Below, piece after piece: positions 49,801-64,000 of a stretch of DNA of 64,000 nt. The notes under the pieces are model-generated. The model was given only the letters and a program-made list of their open reading frames with translations, did no database searches and was not told where the DNA came from. Made by a program: the position numbers and the translations under genes. How positions within the stretch are numbered: position 1 is the first letter of the stretch; each line of letters starts with the position of its first letter. Source of the stretch: Balamuthia mandrillaris (lineage: Eukaryota); contig JAVKOQ020000072.1 of the NCBI GenBank assembly GCA_031835245.2, positions 62,001-126,000 of the forward strand, in the 5' to 3' direction.

Positions 49801-50338
49801 GTCCACCAGCCGCCATCCTCACCTCCTCCGATTTTTGTGGTCTCCCTGGAGGAAGTTCATCAGCAACAACAGCTCAGGCTCCAGTGCAGGCTTTGGCTTC
49901 GGCTTGTATTCTTTCTCCGCCGATTAATGGGCCACATGGATCTTACTTTCAAGCTCGTTCTCGAGAAACGAACAGCTGTATTTGGCCTGACGTGTTGACC
50001 CTTTCTTTGTTGTGGCAACACACTCACCCTACCTCTTCTGGCCCCGCCTTGCAAAACTGCCCTGCTTATTATCATATGGTAATTTCTCTTTTTCTCTCTC
50101 TCAATCTCTCGTCCTCTCTTCTTTTCCTTTCTCTTTTCTCTTCCTGTTCCTAGAAGGAAAACGCATGGGATCATTGACACTCTGCTATCAACAGTGGACA
50201 AAGCGGATAGCATCCCACTTTCACGACCTGTCGTGGTTGAACATAACGCCGCAATGGCCGCAACGTCAATGCCCCCTTCCCTTCCACTTGAGCGTGGCAG
50301 CGCGCATGCTCGATCGCCTCTCCTCCTTTCCTTGTTAA
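43282..50338 (+). CDS. MED13: Mediator kinase-module subunit 13; multi-exon
   Basis: MTTVLSNIFHL|RGLTELTWRVY; PMVQVGYKGEWL..PATAMRWWEKGQLEPY..KDVIYYVLCP; FFRELSCIYE|TCNLGRH; LYEPLLVL; FHDLSWLN...R.CPLPFH. Confidence 0.88.
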
Positions 50339-50399
50339 AACAACGACGTTAACTTCTGTTTCTTCTTTCGTTTAGCGTTTCGTTTTTCCTGTTCTTTGT

Positions 50400-52043
50400 T
50401 TAAATAGTTTTGGCTCCTTCCTCTTGAGAAGAGGAAGGAGAGGAGTGAGAGAGAGCAGCCAAGGAGGCAGCATACTTGTGATCCTGGCTGTCCGTGTGCG
50501 TCGTCAGCCGAGTCCACAGGTAGTCGTCCTCTCTGGGCTTGGCCCCCGTCAGCCAACTCACCAAGGCTTCCAACCGCTGCCAAAAGCCGATGGCCTGCAG
50601 GAAAGGGTTCAACCACCCGGTGGTGATGCAGTAGTCCCGGTCGTAAGGGCTAAAGTGATGCTTTTGATGGCACTGCGGCCGGAGGATGAGGTGATAGTTC
50701 TGCAGCTGTCGGACCAGCCATGGCGGTCGGTGCGTGTGCGCCCATTTGTGGAACTGGTTGGTGAAGGGGAGGAGGAAGGAGCCCGCGGCCACCAAGCTCA
50801 GGAAGCTAAAGCGGAGGTCCAGCAGTTGGCCGGAGGGATTGGAGAGGGGTCCCTCCACCAGGCTGAAGAAGAGGAGTATAGGGACTGCGGCTAAGAGAGC
50901 GATGCCGTTGGTCTCGGCGAAGGAGTGGCGCGTTATTGCCATGGGGTCCACATGATGCTCCCTGAATGACCTGTTGGGTTGTGATATTGGTGAAGGAGGT
51001 TAGCCAGTTGTGGACAAGGAAGAAGCAGCAGCTGAGGAAGGAACACGAAGAAGAAGAAGAAGAAGAAGAAGAAGAAGAAGAAGAAGAAGAAGAAGAAGAA
51101 GAACAAGAACAAGAACAAGAAGAAGAAGAAGAAGAAGAAGAAGAAGAAGAAGAAGGACAAGAAGGACAAGAACAAGAACAACAACAAGAACAACAACAAG
51201 AACAACAACAAGAACAACAACAACAACAACATAAGACAACAACATAAGACAACAACATAAGACAACAACATAAGACAACAACATAAGACAACATAAGACA
51301 ACATAAGACAACAACAACAACATAAGACAACAACATAAGACAACAACATAAGATAACATAAGACAACAAGACGAAGAAGAAGCATAAGGCCACCACAACC
51401 ACCACAAGAGCAGGAACTAAAACATGGAAGGAAAAACCAAAAAGAGAAGGAGAAGAGAAAGAGGAAAAGCGAATAGAGAACAGAGAATTGGAGCATAGTG
51501 GAGGGACAAGAACCTAATGAGGGAGGTACCAAAGAGGGGGGTGTCCAAGGAGCCCCACGTGTCGCTTCCCCAATGCAGCAAACCAGAGCCAAAGTCAGCG
51601 ATCAAGGCGGCGAGGGGGACCATTGCCACGAACGTCAAAAAATTGTTGAGAGAGGAGAAGATCGAGAAGAAGATCAGGTTGTAGCAGAGGTGAAGGGCCA
51701 AGACGGCATAAAGGAACGTCCCCATGAGGTCCACGAACTGCATGGCGGGCGTGTAGTGGGAAGCCAAGAAGGCCGCGTTCCTTTTCCGCTTTTCGGTCCT
51801 CTTCTTAAAGTCCAATGTCGTTGTAGGGGCTGCTGCTGTTGGTTGTGTTGCTGCCGACGCTACGGCCTCTACTGTTGCTCCCTCTTTGGCACGAGAACAA
51901 GAGGTCAACAGACTACCGCTCCCTTTGTTGCATCGGTGACGGTGGAGGAGGCGCTCCTCATCTTCAAGCGAGGCGACCACTGTCGCCGCCACCGCGGTCG
52001 TGGTAGTCGTAGTGGTGGCAGAAGCACTCACCGCCAAAGTCAT
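50400..52043 (-). CDS. PEDS1: Plasmanylethanolamine desaturase (TMEM189/PEDS1/CarF family), copy A, 2 exons
   Basis: ADFGSGLLHWGSDTWGSLDTP..G...IR|SFREHHVDPMAITRHSFAETNG; FTNQFHKWAH; HQKHH; YCITTGWLN. Confidence 0.88.
51047..51365. repeat. Compound (GAA)n/(CAA)n microsatellite plus about 11 copies of a 10/13-bp ACAAC(AAC)ATAAG minisatellite in the PEDS1-A intron
   Basis: Directly visible. Confidence 0.9.
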
Positions 52044-53020
52044 CCTGGCTTGCCCTCTCTGTGTCAAAATGAAGAAAGGAACACAAGAAAGAGAAAGAAA
52101 GAGAAGGATGCCCTTTGTTATTATGTGCTTTTCATTAGTGGTCGTGTAATGAAGCTGCTTACCTCCAATCAGAGACGCAAGGTACTCTGCCCCGGCTCCC
52201 CGAAGACACCTCTCTCCGGCGGGGACTCGAGAAGACACCCGGCTCAAACCCCCTAGGGCCGTTTTGGGGACTTGGCAACCCAAGGAACCCAAGGAAGGAA
52301 GGAAGGGGGTGGTGGAGGAGGACGAAGGAGCGAAAGGCTGCTGCAAGCAGGAGTTTCACCGGTGCAAAACCACAAAAAATAAGAAAAGCCAAAGAATGTT
52401 GACGTCACTTTTTCGCAGCTGCAAATATCATAATAATAATAATAATATAAATATAAATACTTTATTTTATTTTTTTTATGTTTTTAGGCCTATGGAGGGG
52501 AGGGAGAGGGGAAACGGCAGGAGCCTTGCTTGCGCTTGCTTGGCGGAAGGACGCAAACAGCAAGGCATCCACCCCATTCCACTCCATTTCATACAGCTAC
52601 TCATCTAATTTCATCCATTGGGGTGGTGGCGGTGGCGGTGGCGGTGGCCACCATTCTTGATGCTTTTATATGTGCAGCGTCAATGAAGTTAACGAACGGG
52701 TGGCTGTGGTGGCGGCTGGGGTGTCGGTCGGCCTTGTTTGTTGGCGCAGTGCTCGGTGACACTTGGCAGAAGGAGCAAGAGGTGGCGGCTAACGCTGGAG
52801 TATAGCGAGAAAGAGGTAAGCCGGCGGAAGCTTGCTGTGGCCAAATGGATATCAGTTTGAGGCTGACGATGGCGGTGACTGCACCAGCGATGGCAATCGA
52901 TAAGCGGTGGCGGCGGGAAGAAGAAGGCATGGTGGATATAGTGTTGCGAAGAGAAAGCGGAGAGCAGAAGAAGAGCACGACAACGCGGTTGGATGTATCC
53001 GAGAAGAAGCCCGTCTCGCA

Positions 53021-54222
53021 TTACGAGGACGAAGAGGAAAAACAGGAAGGAGAGGAGTGAGAGAGAGCAGCCAAGGAGGCAGCATACTTGTGATCCTGGC
53101 TGTCCGTGTGCGTCGTCAGCCGAGTCCACAGGTAGTCGTCCTCTCTGGGCTTGGCCCCCGTCAGCCAACTCACCAAGGCTTCCAACCGCTGCCAAAAGCC
53201 GATGGCCTGCAGGAAAGGGTTCAACCACCCGGTGGTGATGCAGTAGTCCCGGTCGTAAGGGCTAAAGTGATGCTTTTGATGGCACTGCGGCCGGAGGATG
53301 AGGTGATAGTTCTGCAGCTGTCGGACCAGCCATGGCGGTCGGTGCGTGTGCGCCCATTTGTGGAACTGGTTGGTGAAGGAGATGAGGAGGGTGAAGACAG
53401 CGAGGAAGCTCTTGAAGCTGAAGTAGAGGTCAAACTGGCCGGATGGGTTAGAAGGTGGGTTTAAGCTGAGGAGGATGACTACGGGGATGGTGACCAGCAG
53501 GGAGTTGCCATTAGTCTCAAAGAAGGGGTGTCTTGTGATGGCCGTTGGGTCCACATGATGCTCCCTGAAGGACCTTTTATTGTTCATTTGTTCAGTAAAC
53601 TTAATGACAAAGAAGCAGAAGCTGAACAGAAGCCGAAGAAGAAGAGGAATAGGAAGAAGAAAAAGAAAAAGAAAAAGAAGAAGAAGAAGAAGAAAAGAAA
53701 AAGAAAAAGAAGAAGAAGAAGAAGAACAAGAACAAGAAGAAGAAGAAAAAGGGCAAACCTGATGAGGTTCTTGCCAACCAAAGGAGTGTCCAAGTAGCCC
53801 CAAGTGTCACAAGCCCAATGGAGCATGCCAGAGGCAAAGTCAGCCAACAGGGCGGCAAACGGAGCGGCGATGAGGAAGGTCAGCACGTTGTTGAGGGAGT
53901 TCATGGTGAGGAGGAGGTGGTAGGACAGCTTGGCAAAGAACAGCAGGTAGCAGGCGGCCACCACCTTGTCCAACCGCTGTTTGCCTGCGGAATAGTGCGA
54001 GGCAAGAAAGGCCGCGTTCCGTTTCCTCTTCTGCGTTCTGTCTTTAAAGTCGTTGGTGAGGCTGCCGCATGAGGAGGAGACCTTCTCCTTGCCTTTGGCG
54101 GTGGTCGCAGCGGTTGCGGCGGCCATCGGAGGAGCGTTCAAAGCTTCTTCTTCCTTCGAGGTTAACAAGGTGGCCGAAGAAGAAGAAGAAGGAGAAGTGA
54201 CGGTGCCAACCGGTCTTGTCAT
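53021..54222 (-). CDS. PEDS1: Plasmanylethanolamine desaturase (TMEM189/PEDS1/CarF family), copy B, 2 exons
   Basis: ADFASGMLHWACDTWGYLDTP..GKNLIR|SFREHHVDPTAITRHPFFETNG; same His boxes and intron position as copy A. Confidence 0.88.
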
Positions 54223-54744
54223 TCTTGTCGCACCTATATATCATAATAATGATAATAACAACAACGAAAAATAATGGTTATATCGCTTGTTATTTGTTAT
54301 TTGTTTCACTGCGGGAGTGGTGGTTGTTGTGGGGGAGAATAGGTACCAGTAACGGTAATGGGCAGCACACACCACAGGAAACACAGACAAGCCGCGGAAG
54401 AGAAAAGACGAAATGTGTGCCCGTGTTTCTCGACTTTTTTTCCCAAATTAAGTTTAGGTTTTGATATAAAAGCAGGGTTAGGGCTGGGCTTCGGACATTC
54501 CTATTTATTTTGTTATCACGACGACATGGTATACTTTTTCCTGGCAAATTTCTTGCCGACTTCAAAGGAATGTCAGGAATGACCGTAATGCAAGGAATTT
54601 AAGCTCCGATGTCGACAATATTTTCTGGAAGAAGAAGAAAGTGAGAAAATAAGAATAACAACCACTCGGAACACGCACCGGACGAGACAAAGGACTCCCT
54701 ACTGCTGCCACTGATAGGGTTTAGTGCTTGCGCATATTTCCACC

Positions 54745-56726
<1,982 letters not shown>

Positions 56727-57071
56727 ACTCTCTTTTTTTTTTTTAATATCATTATTTGTGTTTTTTTTTTCTACCCTTTATATTCTCTCTCAGAGGATAG
56801 GCACCAATCGGCAGTCGATTGATAATTTCGGCCAATAGAAAAATCTTCCGCAGAAAGGAAAGTTTCGCTTTTGTTTGTCTGCAAAAACGTGCTCTCACTC
56901 TCTCTCTCTCTCGCGCGCTATTTTTTTTAACCCAGCGCGCAGACTTCTGCCCACGTGTCTACGACCAGGCAAAGAGGGTAAGCAAGGGAGGAGCAGAGCA
57001 AGGAGAGAAGAACTACAAACGGTGTTTTCTTTTTTTTTCTCTCTCTCGCGACGAGAAAACACAGGGCAAAA

Positions 57072-59465
57072 ATGATATCGTTGACTGCTAAAGTATGGCT
57101 GTTGGGCGCGTTGCTGGTGGTAGCGCTGACGGCTTGCTCTGCGACCACTGAGATCCACTTCAACTTTGGTGGAATGATCCCTGCCTCCACCTGCTGCGAA
57201 CCTTCCGAATGCCAAGAACCTGCCGTATGCCCTCTCGGAGGGGACCTCTTCGAGGAACCCGAAGAGAGAGGCGTCTTTGACCCGCTAACCGCTGAGGAGA
57301 TGTTGGTCATCGACGAGTTTGTGCATCAGCAAGAAGAGCTCAACCTGACGAGGTTCAATCCCGACTTGAAGTTCTCCGACAACTACGTATGGCGCGTGGA
57401 GTGGCTCGCTCCTCCTAAGGCCCAGGCCCTGGCCTATCTCAACGGAGAGAGCGATACCCCACCTGCACGCTACGCCATGGTCACTGTCTACCGTGGAGGC
57501 AGGCAGGTGCCCGACGTGATGGAGTACAAGGTAGGTCCCTTGCCTGAGCCTACTACCATTGAACCTTTGAGAGAGGACAACGAGATCCCCTTCTCTATGC
57601 GCGTCGTGGACAACTTTGAGTACGCCTACTGGGAGGTGCTCATCGAGGAGGCCTTCGTCACGCTGGAAAACCTGACGCGGGAGAGCTACAACCTAACCTA
57701 CGTGGACTGCGAGGAGGGCTATTGCATCAACTGGAGCGACAACTCTCCTCGTGGTTACTTTCGTGACGACCGCGAGACCTGGGTCTGGGCCATGAAGTTG
57801 AGGGAAGGTTGGTACCTGGAGCATCTCGGCTTGGAGTTCCAGGTGGACCACTTTGGTTCGGAGCCTTCCCTCTGGTTCCTGAAGAACTTTGTCTACTTTG
57901 GGCAAGGTCCCTTTGCCACGGCGCAGGAGTTGATGGACGCTTATAACAGCGGCACCATCACCAAGTACACCATGGAGGAAAATAGACTGTCTGGAGAGCC
58001 TCGTTTCAGCTCCATGCGACGGAGAGGAGAGGAGCTGCCCGGTATGGAGAAGCAGGGACCTATCCACGTCCAACCGGAGGGCGACCGCTGGACCATGACC
58101 GGCCGCAGAGTGGACTACATGGGGTGGAGCTTCCACATCAGCTACTCCCATTCCTTTGGTATGCAGCTCTTTGACATCCGGTACAATGGTGAGCCCATCG
58201 CCTACGAGATCTCTTTGAATGAGGCCTACGTGGCCTACAGCGGCTGGGGAGGCGTCAACACGAACACCATCTACACGGACAGCGGCTGGGGTCTCGGTGT
58301 GAGTCCAACTCCTCTGGCCCCTGGAGTAGACTGCCCGGACTATGCCGTCTTCATCGACCAGGAGTATTGGTACATGGGCGACCCCGAGACTGCTCCCGGT
58401 CCCGACGTGGCCCCTCGCGCCGTCTGCATCTTCGAGTCGGATCCTGCCATCGGCGTCTACCGTCATTACGAGACGGTCGGTGTGGACAACTTCTACAGCG
58501 GAGCCAGGCACCACGTCCTCGTTGTAAGAACCTCTTCCAGCGTCTACAACTACGACTACCTCTTCGACTACAAGTTTGGGCTGGATGGTGGCATTGAGGT
58601 TGCCGCCGCTTCCAGCGGGTACATCCAGGCCAGCAACTGGATCCAAGAAACTCAGAACCCTCCTGAGAGGCAGGAGAGCGGAGAGGAGGCTATGGAGTAT
58701 GGTCATCGCATACACGAGTACACCTGGGGAGTCCTTCATGACCACTTTGCGTCCTATAAGGTAGACTTGGACGTTGCTGGCACGCAGAACAGCTTTGAGA
58801 ACCAAGTCGTCAAGACTCGTGCCGTAGAGCGCGCCTGGAGCACCACCCCTGCTCCAGTGATCCTGAAGTACTTGGAGAAGAATGTGGCCGAAACCGAAGT
58901 GGGAGTGAAGCTGGACGCCTCTAAACCTGCTCACTGGGTCTTTGTCAGTGAGGAGGAGAATCAGTGGGGAGAGAAGAGAGGATACCGTGTGCACTTGCCT
59001 GGCTCCATTCACCAGCTTCTTCCTGATGAGCACCCCTACCTCAAGTCTGCCGCCTGGAGCAAGTACAACCTTGCCGTAACTAAGTACAAGGAAGAGGAGA
59101 GCGCCTGCACTCACATCATGGACATGCAGGCCCCGGCCGAACCTTTGGTCAATCTTGACAACTTTATCGACGGCGAGAGCATCATCAATGAAGACTTGGT
59201 GGCCTGGGTCTCCTTTGGCTCCATCCATGTGCCCACTTCAGAGGATATCCCGAACACCAACACTCCCTCCTCTTTCGGACACTTTTGGTTGCGCCCGCAC
59301 AACTTCTTCACCGAGAGCCCCTCCATCGCCGCCAGGGGCAATGTCTTTGTTAACCTCAATGACCGAGAGAACCCCACCGTGGAGGAGTACACCCTCGGCA
59401 ACAATGGCAATTGCCAGGTCCCTGCTTTCGAGTTTGAGTACTTGGGAGCCACCGTCTCTGCCTAA
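57072..59465 (+). CDS. Secreted copper-containing (TPQ) amine oxidase, intronless, 797 aa
   Basis: Signal peptide; NYDY TPQ consensus; Cu ligands HDH and HVP; candidate catalytic Asp in YTDSGW. Confidence 0.93.
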   Translation: MISLTAKVWLLGALLVVALTACSATTEIHFNFGGMIPASTCCEPSECQEPAVCPLGGDLFEEPEERGVFDPLTAEEMLVIDEFVHQQEELNLTRFNPDLKFSDNYVWRVEWLAPPKAQALAYLNGESDTPPARYAMVTVYRGGRQVPDVMEYKVGPLPEPTTIEPLREDNEIPFSMRVVDNFEYAYWEVLIEEAFVTLENLTRESYNLTYVDCEEGYCINWSDNSPRGYFRDDRETWVWAMKLREGWYLEHLGLEFQVDHFGSEPSLWFLKNFVYFGQGPFATAQELMDAYNSGTITKYTMEENRLSGEPRFSSMRRRGEELPGMEKQGPIHVQPEGDRWTMTGRRVDYMGWSFHISYSHSFGMQLFDIRYNGEPIAYEISLNEAYVAYSGWGGVNTNTIYTDSGWGLGVSPTPLAPGVDCPDYAVFIDQEYWYMGDPETAPGPDVAPRAVCIFESDPAIGVYRHYETVGVDNFYSGARHHVLVVRTSSSVYNYDYLFDYKFGLDGGIEVAAASSGYIQASNWIQETQNPPERQESGEEAMEYGHRIHEYTWGVLHDHFASYKVDLDVAGTQNSFENQVVKTRAVERAWSTTPAPVILKYLEKNVAETEVGVKLDASKPAHWVFVSEEENQWGEKRGYRVHLPGSIHQLLPDEHPYLKSAAWSKYNLAVTKYKEEESACTHIMDMQAPAEPLVNLDNFIDGESIINEDLVAWVSFGSIHVPTSEDIPNTNTPSSFGHFWLRPHNFFTESPSIAARGNVFVNLNDRENPTVEEYTLGNNGNCQVPAFEFEYLGATVSA

Positions 59466-59989
59466 CCCAATTCTCACCCTGCCCTTCTATATCACATTGT
59501 GAATGGCGTGCAAGGCGTCCCAGTGCAAGCAACAAAGAAATTTCGCAAAAAGAGAGGGAAAAAAACGCGGGAGAGTTCCTGATTGGCCGGAAAGTAGAGC
59601 GAAATGTGATAAAAGCGCAGGCGAAAAACGGGGGGAAGAGTTTGCAAAAGTTTCCCAAAAGGGAGAAAGCCCAGAACGACCCCACGTCAGTTTACGTTCG
59701 TGCACCACCTGAGGCCGCCCACACTTGAGGGGTTCTGTAGTTCGGCCACCACACCAAAGGGGACCGGTTCTCCGCGCTACTTTCATTTTTTTTTCTTTTC
59801 TTTCGTTTTCGTCCAAAGTCTTGCACAGCGCTACCAAGGTTCGCTCCACTACTCGCACTACTTTTTTTTTGTCTTGCTGCACCTTCCACTGTGTACACTC
59901 AGTTCTTTAGTGTGTTTTACGTAAGAAAAGAACCTCACTTAACAGCTCTCTTGGTTTTGTAATTATTTTACAGCAGCAGCTTTTTTTGA

Positions 59990-61364
<1,375 letters not shown>

Positions 61365-61562
61365 TAAAGTTGTTCTCTTTTTGTTGATGAAAGGAACAAA
61401 GAAAAAAACCATCATATTCTTCTTTTGGGTCTCTTCATTCAAGCTACAATTACAACATCATCATTTCTTCTCTCCACTTCTCCTCCCTCTACAATTCTCC
61501 TCTCGCTCCAATACTTATATCAACAGAAAAATAGAAAGAAAGAAAGGGGTAAAGCGGGAGGT

Positions 61563-62824
61563 TCACCACCATCCAAGGAAAGAAAGAGGTGTGGTGGCGG
61601 TTTCACCGCCAGCAGGGCAAACGGCAGAGTCCCAATCAGCCAGGTCCTGGAGGGTGCCCCAACAGGTCAACACCGAGGCTATCAAGCCAAAGAGGTGCCA
61701 GAAGCCATGGCTGTGGATCGTGAAGTCGAAGCGGCCGGGCAACCAACACTCTGGCCACCGCAGCGCGTTGATGACCCCTCCCACAAAGACGAACAAGAAG
61801 GCCGTGCTGTGGTACCACAAAGCTGGTGATATCGTCATCGTCGGCACCCTTTCATGGGAATAAAGGTGAATGTGGGGGGAGGAAACTAGCTCTTCGCTTC
61901 CTCCTCCTTCACCAATGATGAGGCCGCTGATATTGTCACCCATAAAGGAGGAGAGCCAAGGGGCAGCGGGAGGAGAAGAAGAAGGGAAAGGAGCAGAGTT
62001 CTGAAGGAAAGAGAGACGAGGGTAGGAACAGAGCGCGCCACAGCTGACCCGAAGCAACAAGAAGAGGCCCATGGCTTTGGCTCGCTCCTTTATGTTGCGG
62101 CTGAAGAGGCAGACTTTGACGGTGTGGAGGGCGTAGATCAGGAACAACGTGAAGAGGGCGAGAGGGTACCAGGAGGGCCAGCAGCGATAGCCCCACAGCA
62201 CGAAGGAGACGGCGGAGCCCGTCATGCCTATGACCGCCGCCGTTACATCAAACTTAAGCAAACGTTCATAACTTGGCGCCGACCTTTTCCAAGAAAAATA
62301 GAGAAACAATGAGGTTAGGTTAGACTTTTTTGTTTGGGTCTTTTTCATTCCCGAAAGAAAAGAAGAAAGGGCGTACGAGCATGTGGGCATGAAGGTATGG
62401 TAGAGAATGCTGCCGATGAACATCAACAAGAGGAAAGAGAGGAGACAAAGGGCGGCGCCGCTGTTGCTCTCGCTGACCAACGGTTCCTCGCCACGAACGA
62501 TGGAGAACATCACGGAGAGTAAGTACACGGAGCCAGCTATGTGCAACCATATGTTGGCAGCTACGATCGTGGTTGCGGAGTTTGAAGGGGGTTGTTGTGG
62601 TTAGGTCGTTATTCCGTCTTCGTCACCTTTCTTTCTTTCTTCCTTGGCCACTTTTTTTTTTAAAAAAGGAGAGACCTACTTTCGTTATGCAGATACAGAA
62701 CGGTTTTGAGGCACTGCCACCAGCTCATGCCTTGGCGACGATAGCCGGCCAACACGTACGGGTTGAACAGGAGGTACTGTGGGACTTCCTTGCGAGAAGC
62801 AGCCAATTGCTGCGGGTCATACAT
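61563..62824 (-). CDS. PAQR/adiponectin-receptor (hemolysin III) family membrane protein, 3 exons; start uncertain
   Basis: NPYVLAGYR; LHNE|TANIWLH; SILYH; PECWLPGRFD...SHGFWH. Confidence 0.88.
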
Positions 62825-63443
62825 TTTTTTTTGGGAGTATTTTCGTTTTCTCTTCTTCGTTGTTCGTTGCTCTGTTGTTTCCTCCACCACCACCTCCTTC
62901 GTGTTGTTTTTGTTGCTGTTGTTTGATGAAACGAACGGGTGTCCTTTTTTTCATTTATATATTTATATTTTTGTCCTTATCTTTGTGTTTGGTTTATGGA
63001 CAAAAAATAGCCTGGCTTCAACTCTCCCTTCTCCCGCGCTTTTTGTTTTGTTGTATTTGCAGCAGTAGTTTTAAGGTAAAGGTTAGGGTTGCCGTGAGCA
63101 AGGGAAGGGTTTCCCGCACAAAAAAAAAACAAAAAAAAAAAAAAAGTGCCAAGGGCGCGTGGAGGGCACACAATAAAGAAAAAAGCCAAAACGTAGCGGC
63201 AGAGAGGCAGCAAAGAAGATTTACCCCACGACGTAGCAAAAGGAAGGGACCGCGTTCTGAGCAAAGACAGAGAGAGAGAAGCTTTTGCTTGTTTATAATT
63301 TCTTCATTTTATTTTATTTATTTGTTCATCCCCTCCCTCCATTTAGGAAAGAGTTGGGGATTACTTACACATATCCAAGCGCGTTTGGCCCGATTTCCCC
63401 TTTCGAGTAGCAAAGCCTGCTGGTTTCCGTGATCAGCAGACAA

Positions 63444-64000
63444 ATGGAGGGCGTAGCCAACGGAGAACCTACGCAGGAGCCGCAACCACATGACAAGCCA
63501 ACGCCATCCAATCTTGCGCCCTCACTAAGCCAGAGCCAACTCCACAATAAGGCGGGAGAAGAGGAGGAGCTGTCCTTGGCACAGCTTCGGGCATTGGCAT
63601 TGCGGACCGTAAAACCTGTCGCAGCTGCTACACCCATCCCCTCATCCGCTCCTCTCTCCAATAATGCTTCCTTCTCTTCTCCTACCAGCGTTTCCGCCAG
63701 TCGACAACACAAGCAACCAAGCCACAAAGGTTCTATCGGCGAAAAGGAAGATGGTGAGTTGGAAGAAGGGGAGATACCGCCAATGCTGTTGAATTCTTCA
63801 ACCGCTAACAATTTAGCAGAATGTGAGCCAAAGGCAAGGCCCCCTTCCCCGCCACCACAGCAACAGAAGCTTGTCCAAGTTAAAGTAGAACAACAGAAAC
63901 ATCGCGAACCAGAACGAGCTCTCCAACCTTCGCTGAGACGAACAACAAAGCTGGCGCTGAAGCAAGAGGAAGAAGAAGAGGAAGAAGAAGGGGAATTGAT
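63444..64000 (+). CDS. 5' part of a low-complexity protein with EEGEI/L motifs (ZFC3H1/Red1-like, tentative)
   Basis: ORF open from ATG 63444 to the window end; LAQLRALALRT, EDGELEEGEI and a second EEGEL. Confidence 0.55.
   Translation, partial: MEGVANGEPTQEPQPHDKPTPSNLAPSLSQSQLHNKAGEEEELSLAQLRALALRTVKPVAAATPIPSSAPLSNNASFSSPTSVSASRQHKQPSHKGSIGEKEDGELEEGEIPPMLLNSSTANNLAECEPKARPPSPPPQQQKLVQVKVEQQKHREPERALQPSLRRTTKLALKQEEEEEEEEGEL

Noticed and set aside
51226..51365. Short repeats with variable spacing resembling a CRISPR or telomere-like array
   Set aside because: Spacers are only (CAA)n slips within a eukaryotic intron; no unique spacers or cas genes.
52601..53060. ORFs between the PEDS1 copies
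   Set aside because: No recognisable motifs or splice structure; could be a decayed remnant but unsupported.

Overview
Gene-dense, intron-rich eukaryotic DNA, most consistent with an amoebozoan protist (inference from microsatellite-filled introns, poly-S/E/Q/H tracts, a Clu-domain family member and a Zn2Cys6 factor). About 24 spliced or single-exon genes and 1 pseudogene can be built by hand, mostly in alternating divergent/convergent pairs. They include a front-end desaturase, Clu-domain protein, Zn2Cys6-PAS factor, RGM-like gene plus pseudogene, MON1, RPS3, pyrophosphatase, ZZ-like/RING E3, DUF4050, URI1, a CapZIP-like ER/K rod, KCTD3/SHKBP1-like, PAT1, WBP11, BCS1-like ATPase, RPL7, MED13, two PEDS1/TMEM189 copies, RIOK2, copper amine oxidase, GAPDH, PAQR and a partial EEGEI-motif gene. 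Highlights: (1) an intronic box C/D snoRNA in WBP11 whose D' guide predicts 2'-O-methylation of U6 snRNA at the position equivalent to human A70; (2) a palindromic TGTCGAC motif concentrated upstream of genes; (3) an RGM-like GDPH autocleavage protein; (4) gene-conversion-like tracts in two tandem pairs; (5) introns with the pyrimidine tract upstream of the branch point and A-rich 3' ends. Coordinates are hand-derived and family calls rest on remembered motifs, not database searches.
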